A stretch of DNA of 64,000 nucleotides from positions 4,588,001-4,652,000 of the forward strand of contig OZ218950.1 of the NCBI GenBank assembly GCA_965112735.1, written 5' to 3'. Below are positions 51,868 to 64,000 of this stretch, piece after piece. The position numbers and the translations under genes are program-made. A model generated the notes under the pieces. The model made no database searches. It saw nothing but the letters and a program-made list of their open reading frames with translations, and was not told where the DNA came from. Position 1 is the first letter of the stretch. Every line of letters starts with the position of its first letter. The stretch is from Phaeosaccion multiseriatum. Lineage: Eukaryota; Protista; Ochrophyta, other classes.

Positions 51868-54800
51868 TCACAGGTCGTCGCGTTCCGCTTTGAAAAATGT
51901 TCTTGAACATGCGACATTTGAAGCTCTCACCTTCTTGCTGCCCTGCTGACCCCTGCCTTTCTTGCACTCTTCGTCGCAAGGGGCTGCCCCATACTGCTCA
52001 GAGGAGCTACCAATGCCGCTGGACGAAGCCTTGCGCTTCCTTGCCCTCGTGGATCGGCTGGCGGGCCCCTGTTGTTGGGGAGAGCGAGAAGGGCGGTCAA
52101 AGTAAGAACAAAAAAAAAATAACCAAGCAATGGGCGTGGCAGGGACGGGGGGAAAGAAACAGAAGCAAGCTTGCGTGCCTCGTCTTTACTCCTCCTCACC
52201 TTCGGACTCCACGTCGCCGTAGTACCCCCCTCCTCCTCCTCCCCAATGTCAGACTCCTCGTCAGGCCCACCTCTTCCTCCGCCTCCGCCTCCGCCTCCTC
52301 CTCCTCCTGCTCCTCCTCCTCCTCCTCCTCCTCCTCCTCCTCCTCCTCGGGCTCTCTTCCTGGGGCGTGGGGGTGGGGTCACTGACCTCCTCCCAGAAGC
52401 TCGCCCACCTCTTCCTCCTCCCCCCCCCGCCCCCTCCTCCTCCTCCTCCTCCCCCTCCTCCTCCTCCTCCTCCTCCTCCTCCTCCTCCTCCTCCTCGTCC
52501 TTCTCCCCACCACCACCACCACCACCACCACCACCACCCCGTCCTCCTCCTCCTCCTCCGGCAAATGTCGTCGCTGTCCTCACCCCCTCCTCATCCCCAT
52601 CCTCCTCCTCCTCCTCCTCCTCCTCCTCCTCATCCTCCTCCTCCTCCTCCTCAGAGAGAGAGTGGAGACAGAGAGAGGGGAGGAAGAAGGAGAGAAAGAA
52701 AGGGGAGAGAGGCAGATGGAGGGAGGGATGGAGGGATGGAGGGATGGAGGGATGGAGGGATGGATGGAGGGAGGGAGGGAGGGAGAAAGAGATGGAGAGA
52801 GAGGGAGAGCGAGAGAGAGCGCCTCGTTAGGATCAAAAAAAAAATGTGCGCATGCCTCCACTCCTGCCCAGCCTCTCCGATCCTCCTTACCTTCCACGCC
52901 GCTATCCTGTCCTCGTCATCGTCTCCTCCTCCTCCTCCTCCTCCTCCTGCTCCCCCTCCTGCTCCCCCTCCTGCTCCCCCTCCTCCTCCCCCTCCTCCTC
53001 TTCCTCCTCCTCCTCCTCCTCCTCCTCCTCCTCCTCCTCCTGCTCCCCCTCCTGCTCCTCCTCCTCCTCCTCCCCCTCCTCCTCTTCCTCCTCCTCCTCC
53101 TCCTGCTCCCCCTCCTCCTCTTCCTCCTCCTCTTCCCCTTCCTCTTCCTCTTCCTCCTCCTCCCCCCCCTCCTGCTCCCCCTCCTGCTCCCCCCCCTCCC
53201 CCTGCTGCTGCTGCTGCTGCCCCTCCTGCTGCTGCTGCTGCTGCTGCTCCTCCACTACGCATCGAAGCCTCCGCTGGGAGGATCCACTCCCTCAGCTGAG
53301 GAGGAGGAGGAGGAGGACGGTATCCATTGAATCCCCCCCCTCCTCCTCCCCCTCCTCTTCGGGGTCTCTTGGTTGTCGCTGACCTCATCCCATACACTCG
53401 TCGTTCACCATCACCGCCATCACCATCACCACCACCACCACCACCACCACCACCACCACCACCACCACCACCACCACCACCACCACCATCACCGCCATCA
53501 CTATCGACCTCCATAGGTAGCGGACCCAAAGCTCCCTCTTGTTCTGCCACCGGCTGTAGGCCGATAAAATGATGCGAGTAAAAGCCGATACAGCAGGATC
53601 TTGCCTCGTCCAGCTCGCCTTCTGGTCGTCCGTCATAAACAAGTTCGTCTTCGGGGATGCGTGGGCGTGCTTTTTCCAGACTCTCATAGACGGTGACCAA
53701 GGTGACCTTGATGGCAAAGTATTCGCAAAGCCAACGAATTTCATTCTCCCCAAGGTACTCTCCGTAAGTGCCGAGGGTGACAGGGTCAGGCTGTGGCTCA
53801 CCCGGCTTGTGATCGCGCTGATCCCCAGCGCTGCTGAGATACGCATGAGCCAGCTGCTGGCGCCACACAGACATGACTGGCTTGCCCTTGTCATCGAGCG
53901 GGATAGGCCTAGAAGGTCTATCGCTGTCCGGAAGATGCTGAAGGCACTGCTGCCAAAGGGCCCACAAGAAGCAATTTCCCTCCTTGGCAGTGGCCACGTA
54001 TCGGTGGGATGGGAAGATCCTCGCCCAGTGGACAGCATCCACAGCATTCAGTTCTTGCTTGTCCTGGGGAGGGAGAAAGAAAAAAAAAAAAAAAAAAAAA
54101 GGAAAAAAAAAAAAGACAGGCAGGCAGAAAGGGGGGGGGGAGAGGTGGTGTGAGAAGAGAGAGATGTGGAGAGAGGAGAGAAAATTAAGAGAAAAGAAAT
54201 CAAATTTAAAAAGACTGACTCACCGCGAGAGAAGCCTCCTCCTGTGTCTCCTGCTCTGCCCTCCTTCTCCTGCGCGCCTTCCCACCCCCCAGCATGGGGC
54301 CCTGGAAGACTCTGGTGGCCGCGCTGATGATGCTGTTTGGGCGCCGAATGCTGGTGTAATGGTTGCCATCGAAGGCCAGCCACAAAATGTCCTCCTCGGA
54401 GCTGGTCTCCTCTCTCGCCCTCTCCAGAGAGAAGTAATCGGTGGGCATCATGTATGATCCTGTATCCCCACCGGGATAAAGGACCACGCACCTCACACCC
54501 GTCGCTGCTTCCCAAAGGCGAAGGAAGAGACGCCCACCCTTTCGGTTGGGCTTCTCCACCTCGCAGATGAAGGCCTCCACACAGCCAGCACCGACGACGG
54601 TCTCCATCTCACGGCGCCTCTGGGGCAGACTGGCCCGCAGTTGCCGACAGGCCTCGGCCCTCACCTCCCTCGCCGATAGCCCTCGGCAGCGCTCTGGGCC
54701 CAGCACAGCGGCCATGACACACGCCTGGCTCTCCTTCTTCCCCTTCCCCTTCCTCCTCCTCCTCCTCCTCCTCCTCGTCCTCCTCCTCCTCCCCTTCCTC

Positions 54801-56356
54801 CTCCTCCCCTTCCTCCTCCTCCCCTTCCTTCCCTTCCCCCCCCTCCCCCTCCTCCTCTTCCTCTTCCTCCTCCGTCCCCCATCCCCCTCTCCCTCATCGT
54901 CACAAGGGTCGTCCTGTTGCACGTCCTGGCACTGGCCGCTGGTCGTGGCCGTGACCCCTTGCTCCCGTGTCGTGGAAACGCCCCCCCTCAGAAAAGGCGG
55001 CTGGAGGCAGCGAAGCAGCGGGCGGCAGTGGAGTGGAGGGGTATACAGTAGGGTTCAGCTTCCGGATACAATGAGATGGGTATTTAATGAGCCCTCACTC
55101 CTGGCTGGTTTTCGCAGTGACTTTCAACAACCCACTTTCACATCCCCCCCCCCCCTCCCCCCCCACGCACGCACACACACACTTTCGTACTCACCACCGC
55201 CAAGAGCCGTAGGCAGAGGTTAGCAAGCGCGGTGTACCAGGAACACCATCCACCTCCAGCTGCTAGTATGTAGAGTGGAGTGCGCCGGAACAATGGTGGG
55301 ATTGTGGTAAGCAGTGCCAGTAAGTTGGGAAAGGAGGAGACCCGTTGTGCCCGTTTCTTGTTCTCTCGCTCTTCCCGTCGCCTCCTTCTCTCCCGGCCAT
55401 CCCGCCTCCGCCTCTTCACACCCCGGGGCCGTCGCCGGCTCTCATTGGCGTCCCGGCACTGGCCCTGGCCCTCACCCGGCGGCTGATGGCCAGACGAGCT
55501 GCTGGCCCCTGTTGGTTGTTGTTGCTGCCGTCCAATCATGGAGTGGAGCAGCCAGACGGCCAACCCTCCGCAGCCCCACCAAGAAGGGCAAGAGACTAAC
55601 AGTGAAAAGTCTGGTGTGGCCCACAGCCACCACAGGAGAACGGTTTCTAAGAAACCCGTCACGCCCGCCCACCAACACCGCTCTTGCTGCTGCTCCGGCT
55701 CCTTCTTCTCCATCCTCCTCGGCAGGCATCGCTGCTGACGTCGCCACGTCCAGCGCCTTCTCTTGTGCGGAGGAGGAGCTTCTGTCTCAAAGCCGCTGCT
55801 GCTGTCGCTGCTGCTGGTGCTGGTGCTGGTGCTGCTACTGCTGCTACTGCTGCCGCCACCACCCGGCGAACCGCGCCGCTCCTGCTCCGCTTCCTGCTGC
55901 TGCTGCTGCTGCTGCTGCTCTTCTCTAGTACTGCGGGCGATGGCCAGGTCGAGGCGCCGGAGAATAACGTCAACGAGCCTCTGGGGGGGCTGTCGTCCCA
56001 CCCAGAGGCTTCTAAACAGGTGTGGGTCGTTCTGCTGGAGGCGCTTGATCTCCTCGTTGAGGAGACGACGAGTGGTGCTCTTGGCGTGATTGTCCACACG
56101 CCGGGCGTCTCTGTACGCACAACTGCCCACGACAGCACGGAGTAGCTCACGCCGCCGGGAGGATGCTTTGACCTCCTTGACCTCCTTTCTCCTCTTTTCT
56201 GCCAGGTCATTTTCCCTGGCTTGCCTCTTCTTCCTTTGAAATTGCTGTTCCTCCTCCAGCCTCTCCGCCTCCTCCTCTTCTGTCCTCTGTCTCCTCCTCC
56301 TCCTTCTTGCTCGTCTGTTCTTCTTCTTCCTCCTAGAAGTACGCTCCGTTGCCTCG
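51868..56356 (-). CDS. Tandem OTU-like cysteine protease protein with N-terminal hydrophobic segments (multi-exon; 5' end unresolved)
   Basis: Exons 56356-55195, 55000-54224, 54063-52891, 52649-52200 and 52068-51931 (or read-through to TGA at 51868). OTU1: QACVMAAV..EVRAEAC..KGGRLFL..WLAFDGNHYTSI. OTU2: KEGNCFLWAL..WRQQLA..EYLGENEIRWL..IGFYSHHFIGL. Confidence 0.68.
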
Positions 56357-57688
56357 CTAGTAGTATAAGCAAAGGGAGAGAGAGAGAGAGAGAGAGAAAC
56401 ATTTAGGATGGGTTTGCTGGGTTGGAAGTCGACTCCGAGCGTGCCTTGAGAAGTCAAGAAAGACACCCTTCCGTCCCTCCCTTCTTACTAGCCTAGCTAG
56501 CTTCCTGGACTTGCTTACCGAGGAGGAGGCAGCAGCAGCAGCAGCAGCAGGCGGAGCCCGAGTACCAGCAGCCCAACGAGCAGGAGGGTCTGTGCTGACA
56601 CCCCCAACAATGAGGGCTTGAGGACATGAAGGAGGAGACACATGCTTGCTGCCGCCGCGCAGAACAATGGCGGAAAGAATCGGCAGGCTGGGCCTGTGGC
56701 TGGTGGTGACATGTGTGAGCGAGCGAGAAGGCCAAGCAAGGTCGGTGGCGTATGGCTGGGGGGATGAGCAACAAGAAGACATGAGCGAGCGAGGCAGACA
56801 CGCAGCCAGTGACAGGAACGGTGGGCGAGAGCAGCCCAGCCGAAAGGAAGCTACACGCACGCACCCGATCGTGCTCCTCGCACAGCCTCCGCTGGGCTCC
56901 TCGACCAGGCAGGGCACCACCAGAGGAGGAGCCGGTGGCGGAAGACCACCAAAACGGATCCACAGCCTGCTCAGAGGCGCCTTTGGTGCCCGGTGCCTGC
57001 TGCTGCTGCTCTAGTACTGCGCCGTTGGGTACCGCCGCCGTGGTTCTTGCTTCTTGTCTTGGCTGGTCGGGGGAACAAGCAAAACGAAACTAAAGCTTGT
57101 CCTTTCCCCAAGCCAGCTGTCCCCGTGTCGCGCTTGAGCCTTCCCCTTCCTTTCTCTATATCTCTCCTGGCTTGGTGGCTATGCTATTCAGTGCGGAGGC
57201 AAGGATGAAAGATATATAAAAAGGAGAAAAGCGGGGGGGGGGGGCGGAGGCTCTTCATTTCCAGTTTCAGTTCATTAGCCCAGCCCTTCTGTCGCCCATT
57301 CTGTGTGTGATCATTCTGTATGGGTTTTAAAATATATTAGTAAACATTGGGACCCACGCACAGCTGCCACAAACAGCACACATCTTGCTGCACCGGATTC
57401 CGCTGCTCGACCTGAATAGGCATCATCCCCACCGTGGCGGCAATCCTCGTCCAACCCCTTTTTTGTCTTTGTCCTTCCTTCTCTTCGATCCTCGATCGCT
57501 CTCTGTGTGTAGCTAAGAGGGAGCTAAACTCCATTTCGGGCAGGAAGGGTTCGGAAAGGAGGCCCATATGGGGGGAAAAGAAAGAAAACTAGACATTTCC
57601 CCCCGCGTGCCCCTGATCGTCCCTCTGCTGCTGCTGCTGCCGGCGCTGGTCCTGCTGCTGCTGCTACAGCAGCTCCTCCTCCTCCTCC

Positions 57689-57724
<36 letters not shown>

Positions 57725-60700
57725 TGCTGCAGCTGCTGCAGCAGGCGGCGGTGCCTGCTGCACTTGTTCAGATCGGCCGCGCGCAACGCTTGCCGGACCT
57801 TCCGTCTCGAGCCAGTAATACCACGGGCGGCAGACCTCGCTGTCCCACCTGGGAAGCTTGCGCCGCTCCTCCTTGTTGCGCACCACTTCTCCTTCCCTTT
57901 CCCCCACTTCCTTCACCGACTTGTCCTTTCCGCTCCCTCGTTCCTTCACCGGCGTCATCTCCTTTCCGACATCAACTCTGAGGGTGGTAGGTGGAGGCCT
58001 GCGTTGCCCCTCCTGCGTCCCGCCGGATGGCCGGGCTCCGTCTCCACCCCCTGTCGCTCTCCCTGTCCAACGCGGGCGTCCCAGGTCTTCGCTCTCCCCG
58101 CCCTCAGTCCACTCTCCTTCGCCTTTCGTCGGAGAAGAAGGTGTCGCGAGGGGGGGGGGGGGGGGCTCTGTCGCGAGGGCGAGTGGGCTTGGGGGGGATG
58201 GCTTCTTCGACACTTGCTCCGTCGGACCTGATGAGCGACTTCTCCCACCACACACTGCCATATGCCCGTATACCGTCAGGTGGTTCCTTATGGTGCACAC
58301 GTTGCCGAACGGCAGGACGAACATGTCTCCAGTGTACGCGTTACATCACTGCGCTCACTCGACGTTGAAAAATGTTTCTTTGCGTCCAAGGGGTGCGCCA
58401 GCCCAGAAGGAAGTACACGTGGTAAGGGGTGAGGATGCGCGGGGGCGGGAGGAGGGGGGTTGGAGTTGGGTGGGTACGTCATGCATGTTCCGCTCGTTCG
58501 TCTCCTGTTTCGGTCTAACCACGCTCCCTCGCTCCCTGTCTCACATGCCCTTCCCTTCCCCTGGCCTACTTACATCCACTGATTCGCTCGGGCTGACATG
58601 CGAGCACATCCAAGCATCGCGACTGGGCACCCATCTGATTTGCTTGATTGCTGGCCGACTCGGTACCGATTCTGATGTAGCTCTTGCCAAAACTGTGGCG
58701 TTCGCGCGAGGAAAGGGGGAGGAAAGGGTGGAGCTCCCTTGAGCAAGACGCAGGTGGCCAGGTAGGTGCGGAGGTGGCGTTCATGGAAGCGACATAAGGG
58801 GCGGGGAAATTATGGTCTCATCCCTCAAACTCACTTACAGTAGAAATCCCGTTACTCGTTTTTTTTCAATGCCCGTACTAATCATCAACGGTGAAAGCAC
58901 TACAGGGACTGGATGTAAGCACTACCGATAGAGAGGCGGGATAGAGGGCGAAGAGGGAGGGCCAGGTGATGGGAAGAGGCATGTTTGATGCGGGGAGCCG
59001 AGCCGAGTAGGCAGCAGCCGATGCTGCGGGGGAGGGGCGCATGACGGACACGCGCATGAGAAAGCCGGTGTATTATACGGAGGAGAGGCGATGGGTTTGG
59101 AGAGCGGGGGCGCGGCGACATGACATGGTGGGTAGGGGCGGATCGGTACGGATCGGAAAGCAGAGGGATAAGAGGAGGAAGGGTGATGGGGGACAGGCGA
59201 GAGTGTCATGGAGAGAAAGGTGAAGAGGAAGAAAGTGGATGGTCAGGGGCGGATTGGAGAGAAGCAGGGGCCAGGTGTGGTGGGTGACGGAGAGGGGAAG
59301 GGATGGTTGGAGAGTGAGAGTGGAGAGAGAGAAGGGCGAAGACGATGAGCAGCATTGACAGTGTGTGGAGACGCGTTGTCTGCCTGCCGTCATATTTATG
59401 CAGGAGGCGCTGCTAGTGTCCAAAACTGACCTCCTCCTCGCCCACCCCCACACCCTCCCTCCCTTGCTTCCCACGCTGAAACCGCAGACCAGCCGCTGAT
59501 GGCCGTCATCGACCTTTCCCGTCCCAGAGCAAGAGGTGAGCAGGCTGGGCGAAGAGGGAGCGCGAGGCCCAAAATTAGGGACAAGAGGAGGGAGAAATGA
59601 GAGGGAGTGCGAAAGGAAGAGGGCCTGCGATGAAAGAGGGTGCACGGGCGGGAGGGTTGTTTGGGGAGAAGTATGGCATAGGCATGGTGAATGATGGACG
59701 TACGGAGGGATGGTTGGGGAGCGAGAGCGGAGAGAGAAGGGCAGGGGGGGGCAAGGACCAGCAGCATAGAGTGGTGAGAAAGGGAGTAGGAGAGTGCGCG
59801 GAGAAGCGACACCTCCCGGCCACAAGAGGCGGCTTGTCAAACCCCTGACGTGGGCCCGACGCATTTCCAGTAGCATATCTACCGGCCCCGCAGGGCCCAG
59901 TAACACGCCACTGGCCGCCGGCTGGTAGCAGGTAGCACGTCGCCTGAAGCCGGCTGGTAGCAGATAGCACGCAGAAGGAGTGTAGTCTCGGCCCGGGGAC
60001 GTACACACCCGCTGTGTCTGTCTCCGGGACAAGACTTCTTGCCGACCTTCAATAGTAGTTAGATGTTAAGGTCCACTCTGCTCTGCCCCCATGCCCGGGC
60101 ACAGAGAGAGGGGAGGGGCACAAAGGCGCCGGTGACCAAGTAGGCCGACTGCTCCGGCTCCGGAGTTATGGAGGTGGCTCCTCGTTGACTTGCACAGCAG
60201 CCAGCAGCCGGGTGGGCGGCCGGACCCCATGATTTTGATTGGTCATGATCTTTTTGATGGTTTGCTTAGTGCACTTCGGGAGCCCTTCTCAGGGCTGCCA
60301 ATACCTTTGTCTCTCCGCCGTCGCGGCCTTCTCACCCGTCCTTACCGCTCGGCGCTCCCTTTGCTTTGCTTTGTCATCATGCCAGCCGAGACGCGTGACA
60401 CGACTGGCAGCCGGAGGGGCGGCCGGGTCTCGCTCGGCGACCCCGTCATGGAGCCACGGAGCGAACGTGCCGCTGCTGCCATGGATTGGGGCGAGGACTG
60501 CTGCCCGCGGGCTCGCCAAGGGTAGGGAATGCCTTCCGTGGCACTCTTGTCTCGTTGAGCTGGCTGCCACTCCCACATGTCCTTCCTCTCCTTGGCCTTG
60601 ACTTGGTCTAAGAAGCACCCGAGCCCGAGCGCCGGCCGTGAGGGAAGGCCTTCAGGCAGTGACGGGGATGAGGGAAGGGACGGGGAAAGGAGAAATTCCC

Positions 60701-61421
60701 CAGCGCCGGCTCCTCCTCCTCTCTCTTCCATTGGCTGCTTCTGAATGGCTCTCTCTCTCTCTCTCCCTCCCTCCCTCCCCTCCTCGCCAAACACCTCCGA
60801 CCTTCCTCAACAGCCCGACGAGCGAGGACCGCCCGACGAGGAGTGGTGTCATTCTGAGCAGGGGAAGAGGGAGGATGGAAGCTGGGTCAAGAACGACGGG
60901 TGCACGCGACCAATAGAACAAGGGGCCTTGGGGATGGAGGAGGACAAGCAAGGAGGAGGCAGGGCGAAGAGGGATAACAAAAGGCCTGTCCGCTGGTTGG
61001 AGATTTCATGTTCATAATAATAAGACTCGTGTTCTTCAGAGTGATGACGTGTGCGTCTTGTTACTGGGTGACCGGACAGAGGTGGAGCAAACTGAAACTC
61101 AGATCCAAACCGCGGTCTGGATTTGAGTTTCAGTGCTGTGCGTGGGCCTAGCTGCTTCTCCTCCTTTCCTCTCGACGCACTTTCCAAAAGGGAGGAAGAA
61201 GAAAGACAGACATGCTCCCACGAAGCGTGCGCGACAGCAGAGGCAACTGAACAAGACCAATGTGTTGCATTTACATTACCATGTACACAGAAAGGTACGA
61301 GTCACCATGAAGGGTCGCCCTTTTCTGGAGCTTTGCCGCCTCCCTCCCCTCTGCGCCTGCCTCTGTTCTCCTCCTTTTCCAGGCCTCCCCCTTCTTCCGT
61401 AGCTCCGTCTCGCGGGTACTC

Positions 61422-63711
61422 TCACCCCTCCCGAGAGCGACACCACCCTCTGCAGGTGCTACAACTGCTCCTGCCCCCGATCCTCCCGCTGCCGGCCACG
61501 GTGCTGCGGCTCCTGCTGCCGGCGCTGGGAGGTCCTGCTGCTGCTGCAGCAGCAGCTCCTCCAGCAGTGGCAGACTCCATCCCGGAAAGCGGGAGGGGGG
61601 TGTAGCCCATGCTGCCACTCGCTGCTGTACCCTCCGCAGTATCTCCGCCAACATGCTCCTCGCTAAAGTGGTCTCCACCCTCCTCCCCCGCAACTGGAGC
61701 AGGGTTCTCTGCTCGCTCTTGCCCCTCGATGGCGTCGTGGTCCTCTTGTGGTGCCGCGAGAGTCTGTGCCCTGGGCAAAAACTGCCGCACCCACGCCTTG
61801 TCCACAGGTCCCGCAGCGGCTGCAGATGGTCCCACTTCCCTCCGAAGGGGCCGCTGAACAGCCTCGAAGAAGTGGCTGCTCCTGAGCTCGTTGTAGGCGA
61901 GTTCTGAGTGGAAGACAGACTGTAAGTAAGCTTCTGCAGTGGATGGCATAAGAAAGAGCGGCAAGGGCGGCCAAAGAGCCGCCCACATCTAAATCGATGC
62001 GCGTATCAAGGTCGCCAATTCCTCTTTCGTAAGCTTCTGAGTTCCTCGAAGCCGCCCCCCATGTCTCCCAAGGCGAGCTGCCAGAAACTCACCTCCCCTA
62101 GAAACTGTAGCTGCTTTCGGCTCAGGGAATGCGACTCCAGTTCCTTAAACAGCTTCTCTGTGTCACCGATGCCGCCAGTTGATGTACCGTTTCGCACGAG
62201 AAGCAGGGCCGCTGAGGTTGTAAGGGCCGTGTTGCCTGGTCCTACCTCAACGGGCAGCTCTGCAGTCACCCACTGGAAGCGTAAGTTCTCCTTGTACGCT
62301 GTGGTCACGCGTGGGTCGTAGGAGTAGAAGGAGGTCGAGTACTCGCTAATGGCTTTCTTCTGAGCGGCAATCTGAACAGGGGTGGGGACAAGGAAGGAGG
62401 GCGAAGAAGAGAGGCGAGGCGTCTTCATCCAAAGCCGCAGAGAGTAGCGCAAATGAGACACAACCGAAGCACACGAACCTGCTCTTGTGACGTTTTCTTT
62501 CTTCTTCTCCGCCTCCTTGTACGCAGCTTTCATCCGTTTCTTCTCCTCCCATCGCACTGCACACAGATGCCTTGTCCCCACCATGACAAAGTTGTCCTCC
62601 AGGCTGGTGACATGCACAGCCCGCTGCGGCGCCGTCCATCCATTAGCTTGTACACACTTTGACGAGGCATGCCATGCGCAAAGAGGCTGCCGATGGTCCT
62701 CTCCAAGGTTGTGGAAGATGTGGGGGGGCCAGACAAACACGTCACGTTGGGCGTACCCTCCCACTTGAGACTGGCGGCTTACCGTCGGGGCCCTGAAGTA
62801 GGGAGATCCCCAAGTAGACAACCCTTTCTCTGGATCCTTTGCCGCCTGGAGTGCTACCTTGATGAACTCAGTCTGCGCTGGTGGTCTATTCTTCGTCCCA
62901 AACCCTCCCCCACCACAACCGCCCCCCTCCTCGCCCGTATTACCATCCTCCTCGTCCTCATCCTCGTCGTTCTCACCCCTGTTAGCACAAAGAAAAGATG
63001 TAGAAAGGGGGCGAGAGCAACAGGGGCAAGAAAGTGTGTCAAGGTATGTACAGAAAGGGCGGCGAAGAGGCGATAATTGAGAACGTACCGCTTAGACGTG
63101 CGACCAAGGGGCGGCGAAGAAAACCCTACGAAGTGGTCACCACTTGCACCATCTACCCTGTCTGCGCTCGAAGACATGTCACAGCCCTTCTTCTTCCTCT
63201 CCTCCATCTCCTTCTTTCGCTTCTCTTCCTGCTCCGCTGGGAGCAGGAAATCCTCATCAATTCCTTTTATAGCTGCACCAATCAACCGCTTCTTCTCGCT
63301 TATACCCTTCGAGGGCCGGCCTCGTCCTCCTCCAGTTTTGTAAGCATCTTCTAAAGTCGCCTTCTGGTTGAGCAAGTCCTGCCTTGCTGCCTGCAATTGT
63401 TGCTTTCCGCCTCTCCTCTTGTGCTGCGGCGATTGTTGCAAGCTCAGCCTCCACTCTCGCTTGAGTGCCAGTTTTCGAAGCGGTCGCTGGTTGTGCCGCC
63501 GCAGCGGCTGCATCTGCCAGAGCACCGGCTTGCGTCCAAGTCTCGTCGTCCCAATCACTGGCACTGTCATTGTCGTCGTGCGCTCCTGCGGCCTTTCCAC
63601 TGATATCCGAAGAGCCCTGTGCGCCAGAAATCTCTTCAGGACTGTCACAAAGGTGGTGCTGTTCCATCCTTTTGTGTGCTGCCCCGCTACAGCTTCTTCA
63701 TTCTCCTCCAT
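61422..63711 (-). CDS. DUF6729-like, transposon-associated protein (multi-exon, possibly truncated transposase)
   Basis: VFVWPPH..PLCAWH..NGW..RAVHV..FVMVGTRHLC..SFYSYDP..ELPV..ALT..LL..KELESH..RKQLQFLGE|MWAALWPP..PSTAEAYLQSVF resembles the DUF6729 pattern as recalled from memory. No DDE core seen downstream. Confidence 0.45.
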
Positions 63712-63941
63712 TTGTCTCTGCTGCTGCTGGTGGTGTCATGGTTTGAAATGTTTGATATGTACCTCTCTTTGCTTGACTGCTGCTGCTACTACCAGCCCTG
63801 CCACCTTCCTGCCATGAGAAATCCTTCACTAAGCCATTACTACTGCTGGAATGTAGCAGTTGTGGTTTTTTAAGCAGCGTTGACCTCCTTAGAGGAGGGG
63901 GAAGGAGGGGGGGGAGCAGAAAAATATAGGAAAAAAGTCGC

Positions 63942-63994
63942 TCCACGGACCAAAAAAAATCGATCCACGGACCAAAAAAAATCGATCCACGGAC
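63942..63994 (+). repeat. 22-bp tandem repeat TCCACGGACCAAAAAAAATCGA (2.4 copies) at window end
   Basis: Read directly; probable subterminal repeat. Confidence 0.85.
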
Positions 63995-64000
63995 AGGTCG

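Larger units (their letters stand above)
42954..51898 (-). mobile_element. Candidate ~8.9-kb element carrying the deaminase-Fanzor gene, bounded by imperfect inverted repeats
   Basis: ATTTTTTAGAGCGGAACG (42954-42971) matches the reverse complement of CGTTCCGCTTTGAAAAAT (51881-51898) at 16/18 positions. Repeat clusters lie near both ends. No clear TSD and no transposase recognised inside. Confidence 0.45.

Noticed and set aside
58200-58742. Possible degenerate SET-like exon (+ strand; TNMSPVYALHHCAH)
   Set aside because: Only a vague resemblance to the NHSC motif, with no GxG or ELxFDY motifs. No gene model could be built.
56357-61400. Many ORFs on both strands
   Set aside because: No recognisable motifs and no consistent splice chain. 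These may include 5' exons of the OTU gene or decayed element sequence.

Overview
Eukaryotic, GC-rich, intron-rich genomic DNA with GT-AG introns full of microsatellites. The gene content suggests a stramenopile alga or other protist, but this is an inference. Most ORF-track entries are low-complexity noise, so real genes were rebuilt by splicing manually. The left 43 kb holds host-type genes: a DOT1-like methyltransferase (-), a hydroxylysine kinase/APH-family kinase (+), an inositol polyphosphate 5-phosphatase (-), an ArfGAP-DENN-IQ protein (+), an unusual hybrid histidine kinase (+), MOCS2A/MoaD (-) and an NTT/TLC nucleotide transporter (+). The right 21 kb looks mobile or accessory. The main observation is a roughly 10-exon minus-strand gene (51491->43259, about 2,250 aa by my splice model). 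It joins in frame a zinc-dependent deaminase domain (HAE...PCIGC) to a C-terminal Fanzor2/IS607-TnpB-type RuvC plus zinc finger, i.e. a candidate natural RNA-guided deaminase fusion. It lies between an imperfect 18-bp inverted repeat pair (42954-42971 / 51881-51898) with subterminal repeats. Directly upstream is a tandem-OTU protease gene that may splice into it. A DUF6729-like, transposon-associated gene lies at the right end. All gene models and family calls come from manual motif reading; no searches were run.
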